Below are positions 17,042 through 25,167 of a DNA stretch of 43,167 bases, piece by piece. Each line of letters opens with the position of its first letter. Positions within the stretch are counted from its first letter, which is position 1. A program made the position numbers and the translations under genes. Source of the stretch: Candidatus Dormiibacterota bacterium (GTDB taxonomy: Bacteria; Chloroflexota; Dormibacteria; Dormibacterales; Dormibacteraceae); the NCBI GenBank assembly GCA_036512415.1, contig DATCAV010000101.1, positions 1 to 43,167 of the forward strand, written 5' to 3'. The notes beneath the pieces are model-generated. The model saw only the letters and a list, made by a program, of their open reading frames with translations, was not told the origin of the DNA and made no database searches.

Positions 17042-17485
17042 TTGAGGCTCAGCACTCCGCAGGCCATTCGCTCCAATGCGACGGTGCTCATTGCCGACGA
17101 CGAGCCCAGCATGCGCCTGCTCGTGCGCGCCACCATCGAGTCCGATCAATACGAGGTGTTGGAGGCGGGCGATGGCGAAGAAGCCTGGGACCTGATCCGG
17201 CAGTACAAGCCCTCGGTGATCCTGCTCGACGTCCAGATGCCCGGACGTACCGGCCTCGAGGTGCTCGCGTTGATCAGGAGCGACCCCAGCCTCAAAGCAA
17301 CTCGCGTGATCATGCTGACCGCCAAGGCACTCAAAGCCGACATGGAGCTGGGCCTCACAGCGGGCGCAGACCTGTACCTGACCAAGCCGTTCTCGCCTCT
17401 CGACCTGCTCACCCTCGTCGACGAAGCCCTCGGCCAGTGGCAAACGTCGCTGCCGCCTGGAACCCTCTTCAAACCGGCGGCCTGA
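17042..17485 (+). CDS. Single-domain (CheY-like) response regulator
   Basis: Canonical receiver: VLIADDE, VILLDVQMPGRTG (phospho-Asp), VIMLTA (Thr), LTKPF (Lys). The long ORF-track N-terminus (from 16568) is antisense to the aldo/keto reductase and is rejected. Start uncertain: TTG 17042 (GAAGG 10 nt upstream) or GTG 17084. Confidence 0.75.
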   Translation: MRLSTPQAIRSNATVLIADDEPSMRLLVRATIESDQYEVLEAGDGEEAWDLIRQYKPSVILLDVQMPGRTGLEVLALIRSDPSLKATRVIMLTAKALKADMELGLTAGADLYLTKPFSPLDLLTLVDEALGQWQTSLPPGTLFKPAA

Positions 17486-17488
17486 GCC

Positions 17489-17950
17489 TCAGAGAGGTTT
17501 CTCGAAGCAAACGCTCGTCGGCATGCCGGCATATTCGTCGAAACAATCGAAGGCCTTGAATCCAGCCCCGCGGTACAGGCCGATCGCCTCCTCCTGATAC
17601 ACGCCTGTCTCCAGCACCAGGCGCTCGGCTCCCATCGTTCGGGCAGCGCTCTCGAGATGGTCGAGGATCTCCCTGGCGACTCCTCGGCCGCGCATCTCCG
17701 GCTCGACGTACATGCGCTTGACCTCGATCGTGGTGGCGTCACGTCTGCGCAGCGCCCCGCAGCCGACGGCCTTTCCGTCAGCGCGCGCGATCACGAAGGT
17801 GCCGACCCCGGGCGCGACGTGCTCCGCCTTCAGGTGCGGCCCAAACCTCTGCTCAGGCGCGTAGCGGCTCGCCAAATGGGCATCGAGCGCAGCCACCAGC
17901 CGGTGCGCATCGGGCGAGTCGAATGGCTCGGTGGCGATCGCGACATTCAT
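17489..17950 (-). CDS. GNAT-family N-acetyltransferase
   Basis: Acetyl-CoA motif A RGRGVAREILDHLE and the beta-bulge region VGCGALRR. ATG 17950 (MNVAIATEPF) has AAGGA 5 nt upstream. The longer start at 18004 would overlap the divergent amidase. Confidence 0.85.
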   Translation of the reverse strand: MNVAIATEPFDSPDAHRLVAALDAHLASRYAPEQRFGPHLKAEHVAPGVGTFVIARADGKAVGCGALRRRDATTIEVKRMYVEPEMRGRGVAREILDHLESAARTMGAERLVLETGVYQEEAIGLYRGAGFKAFDCFDEYAGMPTSVCFEKPL

Positions 17951-17971
17951 CCGGTTCCTTAGAGTACTGGC

Positions 17972-19396
17972 GTGGCAAGCCACGGAGTCATCGCCGCGAT
18001 ACACGACGCGATCGCCTCGCGCCGAGTGTCAGCCGAGGAGGTGGTGCGCCACGCGCTCGAACGCATCGAAAGCCTGGACGGGGCGATCAACGCGGTCGTT
18101 GCCTTACGCGCCGACGAAGCCATCGCCGAAGCGCGAGCCCTCGATCAAGCCGGGGGAGCTGGAGGAGCGCTGGCTGGTGTGCCTGTCCTGGTGAAGGACC
18201 TCGAAGACGTCACCGGCATGCGGACCACGCAGGGCTCGGTGCTGTTTGCGGACGAGCCGCCCGCCAAGGGCGACGGCCTGGTGCCGTCGCGCCTGCGAGC
18301 CGCCGGCGGCATCGTGGTGGGCAAGACGAACCTGCCCGAGTTTGCGTCTGAAGGCTTCACATCCAATCTGCTTTTCGGCACCACCCGCAATCCATGGGCG
18401 CTCGACTGGTCGCCAGGCGGTTCGAGCGGCGGTTCGGCCGCGGCGATCGCGGCGGGCATGGCGCCAATCGCCACAGCGACCGACGGCGGAGGCTCGATAC
18501 GCATCCCTGCCGCGTTCTGCGGCCTGGTCGGGATCAAACCCACCAATGGCGTGATCGGCCGCCGGCCGATCCCCGACTGGATCGACTTCTCCACCGATGG
18601 GCCTCTTGCCACCACAATGGCCGACCTGCGTTTGCTGCTGTCGATCGAGAGCGGCCCGGTCGCGGGAGACCCGACCGCGCTGCCGTTTCCATACCCGGTC
18701 GCAGGCGAGCGGCCTTCGAAGGTATTCGCGTCGTCAAGGCTCAGCGGTGAGGGGCCTTTACCAGATGCTGTCGCCACCGCTTTTGAGGCCGCGCTCGAGG
18801 CCGCGGCACGCGTATTTGGAACCCGCATCGAACACGTTGAGCCTGATGTGCTGTGGCCGGACGGCGGCCCGGTGGACGAATGGGTGGTGCTGGCCGCTGT
18901 CGAGCACGTTCACCGGCTGGGTCGGGAATTCGTCCAGGCCGGCCTCGACAGGATGTATCCATCGGCGCGGAGCTTCATGGAGTACGGTCTTGGGCTTTCG
19001 ATCGACGACTACATGGCGGCGCGGCGGCGGCGTTTTGACTATGTGAGGCAGATGGACGAGCTTCTCGGCGCCGACGCGGTCATCCTGTCTCCAACGGTCG
19101 CGTCGACCGGGTTCCTGGCCGACGGCCGCCTGACCATGGAGGAGGAGCCGGGCATGCTCCCCAGCAACGTTTACAACACCGAGGTGGCCAACATGACGGG
19201 CCTCCCGGCCATCTCGCTTCCGGCAGGGATCAGCCCAAACGGCGTCCCGTTCGGTTTGCAGGTGATGGCTCCCCGATTCCGCGACGGCTTGCTTCTCGAT
19301 CTCGCCGAGGCGTGGGAAAGGGAGCGGCCGTGGCCGCTGGTGGCGCCGGGCTACGAATCGTTTGAGGTCGCCCTGGGTCTTCGCGTCACGCGATGA
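17972..19396 (+). CDS. Amidase-signature family amidase, paralog 3
   Basis: [48 protein letters not shown] start 21 nt from the divergent GNAT start. Confidence 0.9.
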   Translation: MASHGVIAAIHDAIASRRVSAEEVVRHALERIESLDGAINAVVALRADEAIAEARALDQAGGAGGALAGVPVLVKDLEDVTGMRTTQGSVLFADEPPAKGDGLVPSRLRAAGGIVVGKTNLPEFASEGFTSNLLFGTTRNPWALDWSPGGSSGGSAAAIAAGMAPIATATDGGGSIRIPAAFCGLVGIKPTNGVIGRRPIPDWIDFSTDGPLATTMADLRLLLSIESGPVAGDPTALPFPYPVAGERPSKVFASSRLSGEGPLPDAVATAFEAALEAAARVFGTRIEHVEPDVLWPDGGPVDEWVVLAAVEHVHRLGREFVQAGLDRMYPSARSFMEYGLGLSIDDYMAARRRRFDYVRQMDELLGADAVILSPTVASTGFLADGRLTMEEEPGMLPSNVYNTEVANMTGLPAISLPAGISPNGVPFGLQVMAPRFRDGLLLDLAEAWERERPWPLVAPGYESFEVALGLRVTR

Positions 19397-20742
19397 CAGG
19401 GGATCCGCCGGAGAAAACCTTCGTCTTGTTTCCCGAAGGCGCATTCGGGCCGACGAACAACTGCATCGGCATCGGCGATGTGCTCCGGCGCCGTGGACAT
19501 CGGGTCGTTTTTGTCATCGAGGAGTCCTTCAAGGGCACGCTCGAGGCCAAGGGGTTCGAAGAGCGACTCATGCGCCTCGGGCCGGCACCCCAGGGGGGTG
19601 TGTCCGGATCCGGCTCCGCCGGGCCGGACGCCTCAAGAGGGGATGTCCCCCCTCAAATCGAACCTGAGGTGCCAGGACAGTTCTGGAAGGATTTCATCCG
19701 CGATACGGCGCCGGTCTTTCGCAAGTCGACCCTGGAGCAACTCGAAGGTTTCATCGCGCCCACCTGGCAGGCCCTCGTCGACGGCGCTCGCTATGTCGAC
19801 CCGCGCCTCGCAGAGATTTTCGACGAGCTGATGCCTGACGTGATCATCGAGGACAACGTGGTTGGCTTTCCGGCCATCGCCGCGAGCGGCCGGCCCTGGG
19901 TGCGCATCGCATCGTGCAACCCGCTCGAGCTCAAGGACCCCGACCTGCCGCCGGTGTTCTCGGGCTACGCGATCGATGACAGGTCCGGCTGGAACGAATT
20001 TCGCGAAGAGTACAAGCGCCGGGTTGTTCAGCTGCAGGAGGACTTCTCGGAGTTCTGCGTCGAGCAAGGCGCGTCGCGGCTGCCTGAGCTCGAGTTCATC
20101 GACGAGTCGCCGTGGCTCAACCTCTACCTGTATCCCGCGGAGCTCGACTACCCGCGAAGCAGAGCTCTGCCTGCCACCTGGCACAACCTCGAGACGAGTG
20201 TTCGCTCCACCGATGCGCCATGGCAACCGCCAGGTGACGGGTCCGGCCCGCTGATCTACCTGAGCCTTGGCTCACTCGGCTCGGCTGACGTCCCGCTCAT
20301 GGAACGGCTCGTTGACGTCCTCTCACGCACGCCGCATCGCTACGTGGTGAGCAAGGGTCCACAGCACGAGGTATATGAGCTCGCCGCCAACATGGTCGGC
20401 GCGGAGTTCCTGCCGCAGACGTCGATACTCCCCCACGTCGACCTCGTCATCACGCACGGTGGCAACAACACGACGACCGAGTGCATGTACTTCGGCAAGC
20501 CGATGATCGTGCTGCCCATCTTCTGGGACCAGCACGACAACGCCCAGCGCGTCCACGAGACGTCGCATGGGGTGCACCTGCCCACGTACTCGTTCGAGGA
20601 GGAAGAGCTTGTCGGAGCGATCGACCGCCTGCTCGGCGACACCTCGTTGAGGCGCCGGATGCAGGCAGCGTCGGCACGTCTGCAGGCGCGACCCGGCACG
20701 CGGCGCGCCGCAGACCTGATCGAAGAGGTCGCTGCCGGCTGA
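19393..20742 (+). CDS. GT1-family (MGT/UDP-glycosyltransferase-like) glycosyltransferase
   Basis: Donor-binding signature LVITHGGNNTTTECMYFGKPMIVLPIFWDQHDNAQRV. ATGA overlap with the upstream amidase. A low-complexity insert QGGVSGSGSAGPDASRGDVPPQ is encoded by repeat copy B. Confidence 0.85.
   Translation: MTGDPPEKTFVLFPEGAFGPTNNCIGIGDVLRRRGHRVVFVIEESFKGTLEAKGFEERLMRLGPAPQGGVSGSGSAGPDASRGDVPPQIEPEVPGQFWKDFIRDTAPVFRKSTLEQLEGFIAPTWQALVDGARYVDPRLAEIFDELMPDVIIEDNVVGFPAIAASGRPWVRIASCNPLELKDPDLPPVFSGYAIDDRSGWNEFREEYKRRVVQLQEDFSEFCVEQGASRLPELEFIDESPWLNLYLYPAELDYPRSRALPATWHNLETSVRSTDAPWQPPGDGSGPLIYLSLGSLGSADVPLMERLVDVLSRTPHRYVVSKGPQHEVYELAANMVGAEFLPQTSILPHVDLVITHGGNNTTTECMYFGKPMIVLPIFWDQHDNAQRVHETSHGVHLPTYSFEEEELVGAIDRLLGDTSLRRRMQAASARLQARPGTRRAADLIEEVAAG
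19572..19654. repeat. GC-rich hairpin-rich repeat element, copy B (in frame inside the GT1 gene)
   Basis: Shares with 3884-3960 the collinear exact blocks CAGGGGGGTG (19591-19600), GGCTCCGCC (19612-19620), CGCCTC (19629-19634) and GTCCCCCCTC (19645-19654). The copies differ by three single-nt indels. Internal palindromes are CCGGATCCGG and GAGGGG-atgtcc-CCCCTC. Confidence 0.6.
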
Positions 20743-20805
20743 AGCCTTGGTCTAGGCCCTGGTGCGGCCGGTTCGTGGCAGCGACGCACTAAACTGCCAG
20801 CGGCC

Positions 20806-21735
20806 ATGACGCAATCGCATGCTGGGCAGGTGACAGGCGTCAGCCCGTTTCGAACCGCCTGGTTCGAGGTCGCCAAGATGGAGGCCGGCGTGTACCTGGT
20901 CTCCGAACCCGGCCACGTCAACTCCTGGCTCATCGAAGGCTCGAAGAGCGCCGTGCTTTTCGATACGGGCCTGGGCGTCGCCAACATCCGCAAAGTTGCC
21001 GAAGCGATCACGCCTCACAAGCTCCTCGTCGTCAACTCGCACTACCACTTCGACCACACGGGGGGAAACCGTTTCTTCGACGAGTTCGCGATCCACAGAC
21101 TCGGCGGTGATCTCGTGTCGAAACCGTCTCCGCCGGAGCTCGCCGAGGGCTACATGGCCTACGCGAAACGGCTCCTCGAGGCCTGGGGGCCATACCGGGA
21201 GGCCGACGACCTCTACTTCCACATGCTCACCGCCGAGCGCATGATCCGAGAGTTCCCAGGAGGCTTCGATCCCGACCGTTATGAGGTGGTGCCGAGCATC
21301 CCCACCCGCCTTCTCGACGAGGGCGATGTGCTCGACCTCGGCGGCCGCAAGCTCCAGGTGCTCCACACGCCCGGGCACTCGGCGGACTGCATCTGCCTGT
21401 TCGACGAGGCCAACGGGCTCCTGTTCGGCGGCGACACCATCAACACCGGACCGATCTACGCACAGATGGAGGACTCGGACCTCGAGAAGTTCGCACGATC
21501 GACGGCCCGGCTGGCGCAGATGGCGGATGCCTACCGCCGCGTCTTCGTGTGCCACTTCCTGCGGTTCGACGAACCGTCGGTCCTGGTCAGGGAGATCGCC
21601 GCCGGCTTCGAGACCCTGCTCGCCGGCGAGGCGTTCATCCGCGACAACGTCGACTGCTTCAATCAACCGGTGAAGGAGGCGTGCTTCGAGCACTTCTCGG
21701 TTTTCATCCCGGCCGGAGAGCCGACCAAGCTGTAG
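20806..21735 (+). CDS. MBL-fold metallo-hydrolase (lactonase/glyoxalase-II-like)
   Basis: HxHxDH motif NSHYHFDHTGGN, a second His motif LHTPGHSADC, and a downstream Asp/His. Confidence 0.85.
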   Translation: MTQSHAGQVTGVSPFRTAWFEVAKMEAGVYLVSEPGHVNSWLIEGSKSAVLFDTGLGVANIRKVAEAITPHKLLVVNSHYHFDHTGGNRFFDEFAIHRLGGDLVSKPSPPELAEGYMAYAKRLLEAWGPYREADDLYFHMLTAERMIREFPGGFDPDRYEVVPSIPTRLLDEGDVLDLGGRKLQVLHTPGHSADCICLFDEANGLLFGGDTINTGPIYAQMEDSDLEKFARSTARLAQMADAYRRVFVCHFLRFDEPSVLVREIAAGFETLLAGEAFIRDNVDCFNQPVKEACFEHFSVFIPAGEPTKL

Positions 21736-21747
21736 CGCGTCGCCGGT

Positions 21748-23235
21748 TTACACCGCGGCCCTGAGCTCTTTCTCCACCCGCGTGATGGCCCGATCCAGGA
21801 CCAGGACGATCCTGTCGATTTGCTCATTGCTGATGACAAACGGCGGCGACATCGCCAGCACATCGCCCGTCAAGGGCCGGACGATCACGCCCTCATCGAG
21901 CGCGGCCAGCCACACGCGCCGTGCTGCGCCGGCGGCGGTCTCGAACAGCTCCTTCGTGGCACGATCGCGCACGAGCTCGATGGCGGCGACCAGGCCGAGG
22001 CCGCGCACGTCTCCCACGATCTCGTGCGACCGCAGCTCCTGGAGGCGCTTCAACAGGTAGGCGCCCCGCTCGGCGGCTCTTTCCACGAGATGCTCGTCCT
22101 CGAGTATCTGCAGATTTCGCAAAGCGACTGCGCAGGCTGTCGGGTGGCCGCTGTAGGTGAACCCGTGCTGGAACGGCCCCTTGGCAGTTTTCAACGTGTC
22201 GTGGACGGCATGGGTCAGCATCACCCCTGACAGCGGCAGGTACCCGCTGGTCACGCCTTTGGCGAACACCATGAGGTCCGCCTGGACGTTCCAGTGCTCC
22301 ATTGCAAACCAGCGACCTGTCCTGCCGAAGCCCGTGATGACCTCGTCGGCGATGAGCAACAGCCCGTACTTGGTGCACACCTGGCGCAGCAAGGGGAAGT
22401 AATCCGGGGGTGGCACGATCACGCCTCCCGCGCCCTGCACCGGCTCGGCGACGACAGCTGCCACGGTGTCCGCGCCGGCTTTCAGCACGACTTCCTCCAG
22501 CGCCTTGACATAGGCCTCGCCGGCGGAACCCGTGCCGGAGTACCGGTAAGGGTCGGGCGAGGGCGCATGGAGAAAGCCAGGGGCGAGCGGTTCGAAGCCC
22601 TTCCAGAAATTCGCGAGTCCCGTGGCGCTGGTCGCGCCGTAGGTCAGGCCGTGGTAGTCGCGAATCCTCGAGACGATGTTCACCCGCCCCGGCTCGCCAC
22701 GCAGCTTCCAGTACAGTCGCGCGATCTTATATGCGGTGTCGTTGGCCTCGGCCCCGCCGGAGGCGAAGTAGGTGACCTCGAGCTCGCCGGGCGCCAGCTC
22801 TGCCAGCTTCGCGGCCAGCTCGATGGCCGGCTTCGTGCTGAACCCGCCATAAGCCGAGCTGAAGGCGAGCGATTTCATCTGCGTCGCTGCCGCCTCAGCG
22901 AGCTCGGCCCGGCCGTAGCCGACGTTCACGTTCCAGAGGGAGGCCATGCCGTCGATGTACTCGCGGCCCTCGACGTCGGTGAGGGTGGCGCCGCTGCCGC
23001 TCGCGAACATCAGTTGGGGAATCGTCCCGACAGGTGCATCGAGATCGCCCTGCGGGTGCAGCCAGTGAGTCCGGTCGAGCTCGTAGAGCCGGCTCGCCTC
23101 CTGCGCCGAGAGTTCGAAAGCTTTGTTTTGGACCTCCAGAGAGTAGGTCGGCTGCCCTCGTGCGTCAAGGAATTTGAACCTGGCGCGCCTGCTTCCACCC
23201 TGAATATCCATGGTGGAAGGGCCATGCTTCGACAT
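21748..23235 (-). CDS. Class-III (omega-) aminotransferase, PLP-dependent
   Basis: FFASGGAEANDTA-like YFASGGAEANDTAYK, ADEVITGFGRTGRWFAMEHW, PLP-lysine context FAKGVTSGYLPLSG. Start uncertain (ATG 23235 or Met-9 at 23211). Confidence 0.9.
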   Translation of the reverse strand: MSKHGPSTMDIQGGSRRARFKFLDARGQPTYSLEVQNKAFELSAQEASRLYELDRTHWLHPQGDLDAPVGTIPQLMFASGSGATLTDVEGREYIDGMASLWNVNVGYGRAELAEAAATQMKSLAFSSAYGGFSTKPAIELAAKLAELAPGELEVTYFASGGAEANDTAYKIARLYWKLRGEPGRVNIVSRIRDYHGLTYGATSATGLANFWKGFEPLAPGFLHAPSPDPYRYSGTGSAGEAYVKALEEVVLKAGADTVAAVVAEPVQGAGGVIVPPPDYFPLLRQVCTKYGLLLIADEVITGFGRTGRWFAMEHWNVQADLMVFAKGVTSGYLPLSGVMLTHAVHDTLKTAKGPFQHGFTYSGHPTACAVALRNLQILEDEHLVERAAERGAYLLKRLQELRSHEIVGDVRGLGLVAAIELVRDRATKELFETAAGAARRVWLAALDEGVIVRPLTGDVLAMSPPFVISNEQIDRIVLVLDRAITRVEKELRAAV

Positions 23236-23497
23236 GGCGACTTTTGCGGGGTCTCGCGTAAACCCATACCAGTGAGGATTCAGCTCAAGTCTCCAGTTCT
23301 CCTGTCATGACTCAGGCGGAGATTTGGCGCGCCGTGGCTGCTCCGATCGAGGTTCGCCCGCGCGCAGCCCCGCCTGCAAAGGTTTCTGTACTGCAGGTGG
23401 AGCCCCGGAGACCGCCGCAGCCTGATTCGCAGGCTCGCAAGCCTTTCTGTTACGCCAGTTATTACAGGTATCCGGCCCTGTCGCCGTTAAGCATCTT

Positions 23498-24232
23498 GTG
23501 ATCCCTGCCGAATTGCGCCCAATCGTGGAGTTCAGCGGTGTCACCCGAGCGTACGGCGCCCGCCTGGCGCTCGATGACGTCAGCCTGGCGCTGGAGCCGG
23601 GCGAGCTGACGTTTCTAGTTGGCCCCAGTGGCGCCGGCAAGACCACCTTCCTGAAGCTGATCAACCGAGAGCTTCGCCCCACCAAGGGCGAGGTGTGGGT
23701 CGACGGCATCCCTGCCCACTCGATGAAAGCCTCGCGGGTCGCCGAGCTGCGGCGGCGGGTTGGCGTCGTGTTCCAGGACTACAAGCTCCTGCCAAGGCTG
23801 ACCGCGAAGGAGAACGTCGCCTTCGGGCTCCAGGTCGGCGACCTGCGGATCTCGGACGCCGAGGCCATGGATCGCGCGCTCGACGCGCTCGAGGCAGTGG
23901 GTCTTGGGGACCGCGGCTCCAGCTTTCCGAACCAGCTGTCCGGAGGGCAGCAGCAGCGCGTCGCCGTGGCCCGGGCGATGATCACCCAGCCGCGGGTCCT
24001 CATCGCCGACGAGCCGACCGGCAACCTCGACATGGAAACTGCCTGGCAGATCATGGCGCTGCTCGAGAACATCGCCACCTTCGGCACCACGGTGCTCGTG
24101 GCCACCCACAACGTCGAGATCGTGAGGCGGCTTCAGCGCCGCATCCTGACGCTGGTCGAGGGTCGCCTCGTGCGCGACCAACCCGCGGGCGGGATTGGCA
24201 GGATGGAATGGCTGGCCTCGGCATCGTCGTGA
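23498..24232 (+). CDS. ftsE: Cell-division ABC ATPase FtsE
   Basis: Walker [10 protein letters not shown], signature LSGGQQQRV, Walker [12 protein letters not shown]. ~230-aa size and immediately followed by ftsX. Confidence 0.9.
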   Translation: MIPAELRPIVEFSGVTRAYGARLALDDVSLALEPGELTFLVGPSGAGKTTFLKLINRELRPTKGEVWVDGIPAHSMKASRVAELRRRVGVVFQDYKLLPRLTAKENVAFGLQVGDLRISDAEAMDRALDALEAVGLGDRGSSFPNQLSGGQQQRVAVARAMITQPRVLIADEPTGNLDMETAWQIMALLENIATFGTTVLVATHNVEIVRRLQRRILTLVEGRLVRDQPAGGIGRMEWLASASS

Positions 24233-25167
24233 GGGGCAACTCGCGAGGGGGCAGAGGCACGACTGCTCGGGTCATTGCCGGAAACACGCTGCGCTACCTG
24301 TTCTTCGGAGCCGCCCGCAACTGGTTCCGAAACATCGGCAGCATCGCCCCGGCGCTGGGCTCGATGACGCTCCTCCTGCTGATGGCAGGCGTTGCCGGGC
24401 TGAGCGGCTTCGCGCTCAACAACCTCGAGCAGATCGAATCCGGCCAGGCCTCGCTGCTGCACGTCTACATTCGCGATGGCGCCCCCAGCCCCGACGTCAA
24501 CTCTCTTTGGGATCGGCTCGCCGCCGATCCCCGTGTCGCCAGGGTGGACTACGTGACGAGGGCACAAGCGCTCGAGCGAGCCCAGACCATCCCCGGCCTG
24601 CCACAGCTCGCGGACGCGAGCCAGAGCAATCCCTTCCCAGCGAGCCTCGACGTGCAGGTCAAGAGCATCGACGACGTGGCGGCGATCGCCGCCTACGTCC
24701 GAACGGACACCGCTGTCGATCCCGTCTACCCGACGTCGTATGACAAGGGCGCCTACCAGCGCATCCAGGCCGTGATCTTCGGCATCGCAGTGGCCGGGCT
24801 CGCCTTCCTGGCGGTGCTCGCGTTCGTGGCGATCACCGTGACCATCAACAGCGTCAGAGCGGCCATCCACGCGCGCCGCGACGAGGTCACGATCATGCAG
24901 CTCGTGGGAGCGCCGCGCTGGATGGTGCGCGGGCCGTTCGTCGTCGAAGGCGCCATCACCGGAGCCCTGGCCGGCGCGGCCGCGGGTCTTGCGACTTTTG
25001 GCCTGACTATGGCCGGCATCTCGGCCGGCGCGGACACGTTCGCGCGCTTTGCCCCTGGGGTCACTATCAGCGTTGCGGCGATGGCCGCGGTGATCGTGCT
25101 GGCGACGGGCGTCGGCCTCGGTTCGGGATCCTCGTTGGTCAGCGTGCGAAGGCACCTGGAGTCGTGA
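24208..25167 (+). CDS. ftsX: Cell-division permease-like protein FtsX
   Basis: Four-TM FtsX architecture: a first TM (SIAPALGSMTLLLLMAGVAGL), an extracytoplasmic domain, then three C-terminal TMs. The ORF-track start 23695 is an alternate-frame overlap of ftsE and is rejected. Start is ATG 24208 or GTG 24229, the latter giving a GTGA overlap with the ftsE stop. Confidence 0.85.
   Translation: MAGLGIVVRGNSRGGRGTTARVIAGNTLRYLFFGAARNWFRNIGSIAPALGSMTLLLLMAGVAGLSGFALNNLEQIESGQASLLHVYIRDGAPSPDVNSLWDRLAADPRVARVDYVTRAQALERAQTIPGLPQLADASQSNPFPASLDVQVKSIDDVAAIAAYVRTDTAVDPVYPTSYDKGAYQRIQAVIFGIAVAGLAFLAVLAFVAITVTINSVRAAIHARRDEVTIMQLVGAPRWMVRGPFVVEGAITGALAGAAAGLATFGLTMAGISAGADTFARFAPGVTISVAAMAAVIVLATGVGLGSGSSLVSVRRHLES

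Noticed and set aside
23307-23501. 64-codon ORF ending in a GTGA overlap with ftsE
   Set aside because: Its third-position GC (about two thirds by my count) is clearly below that of neighbouring genes. It has no recognisable motif and no convincing RBS. It is kept only as a note in the leader-region finding.
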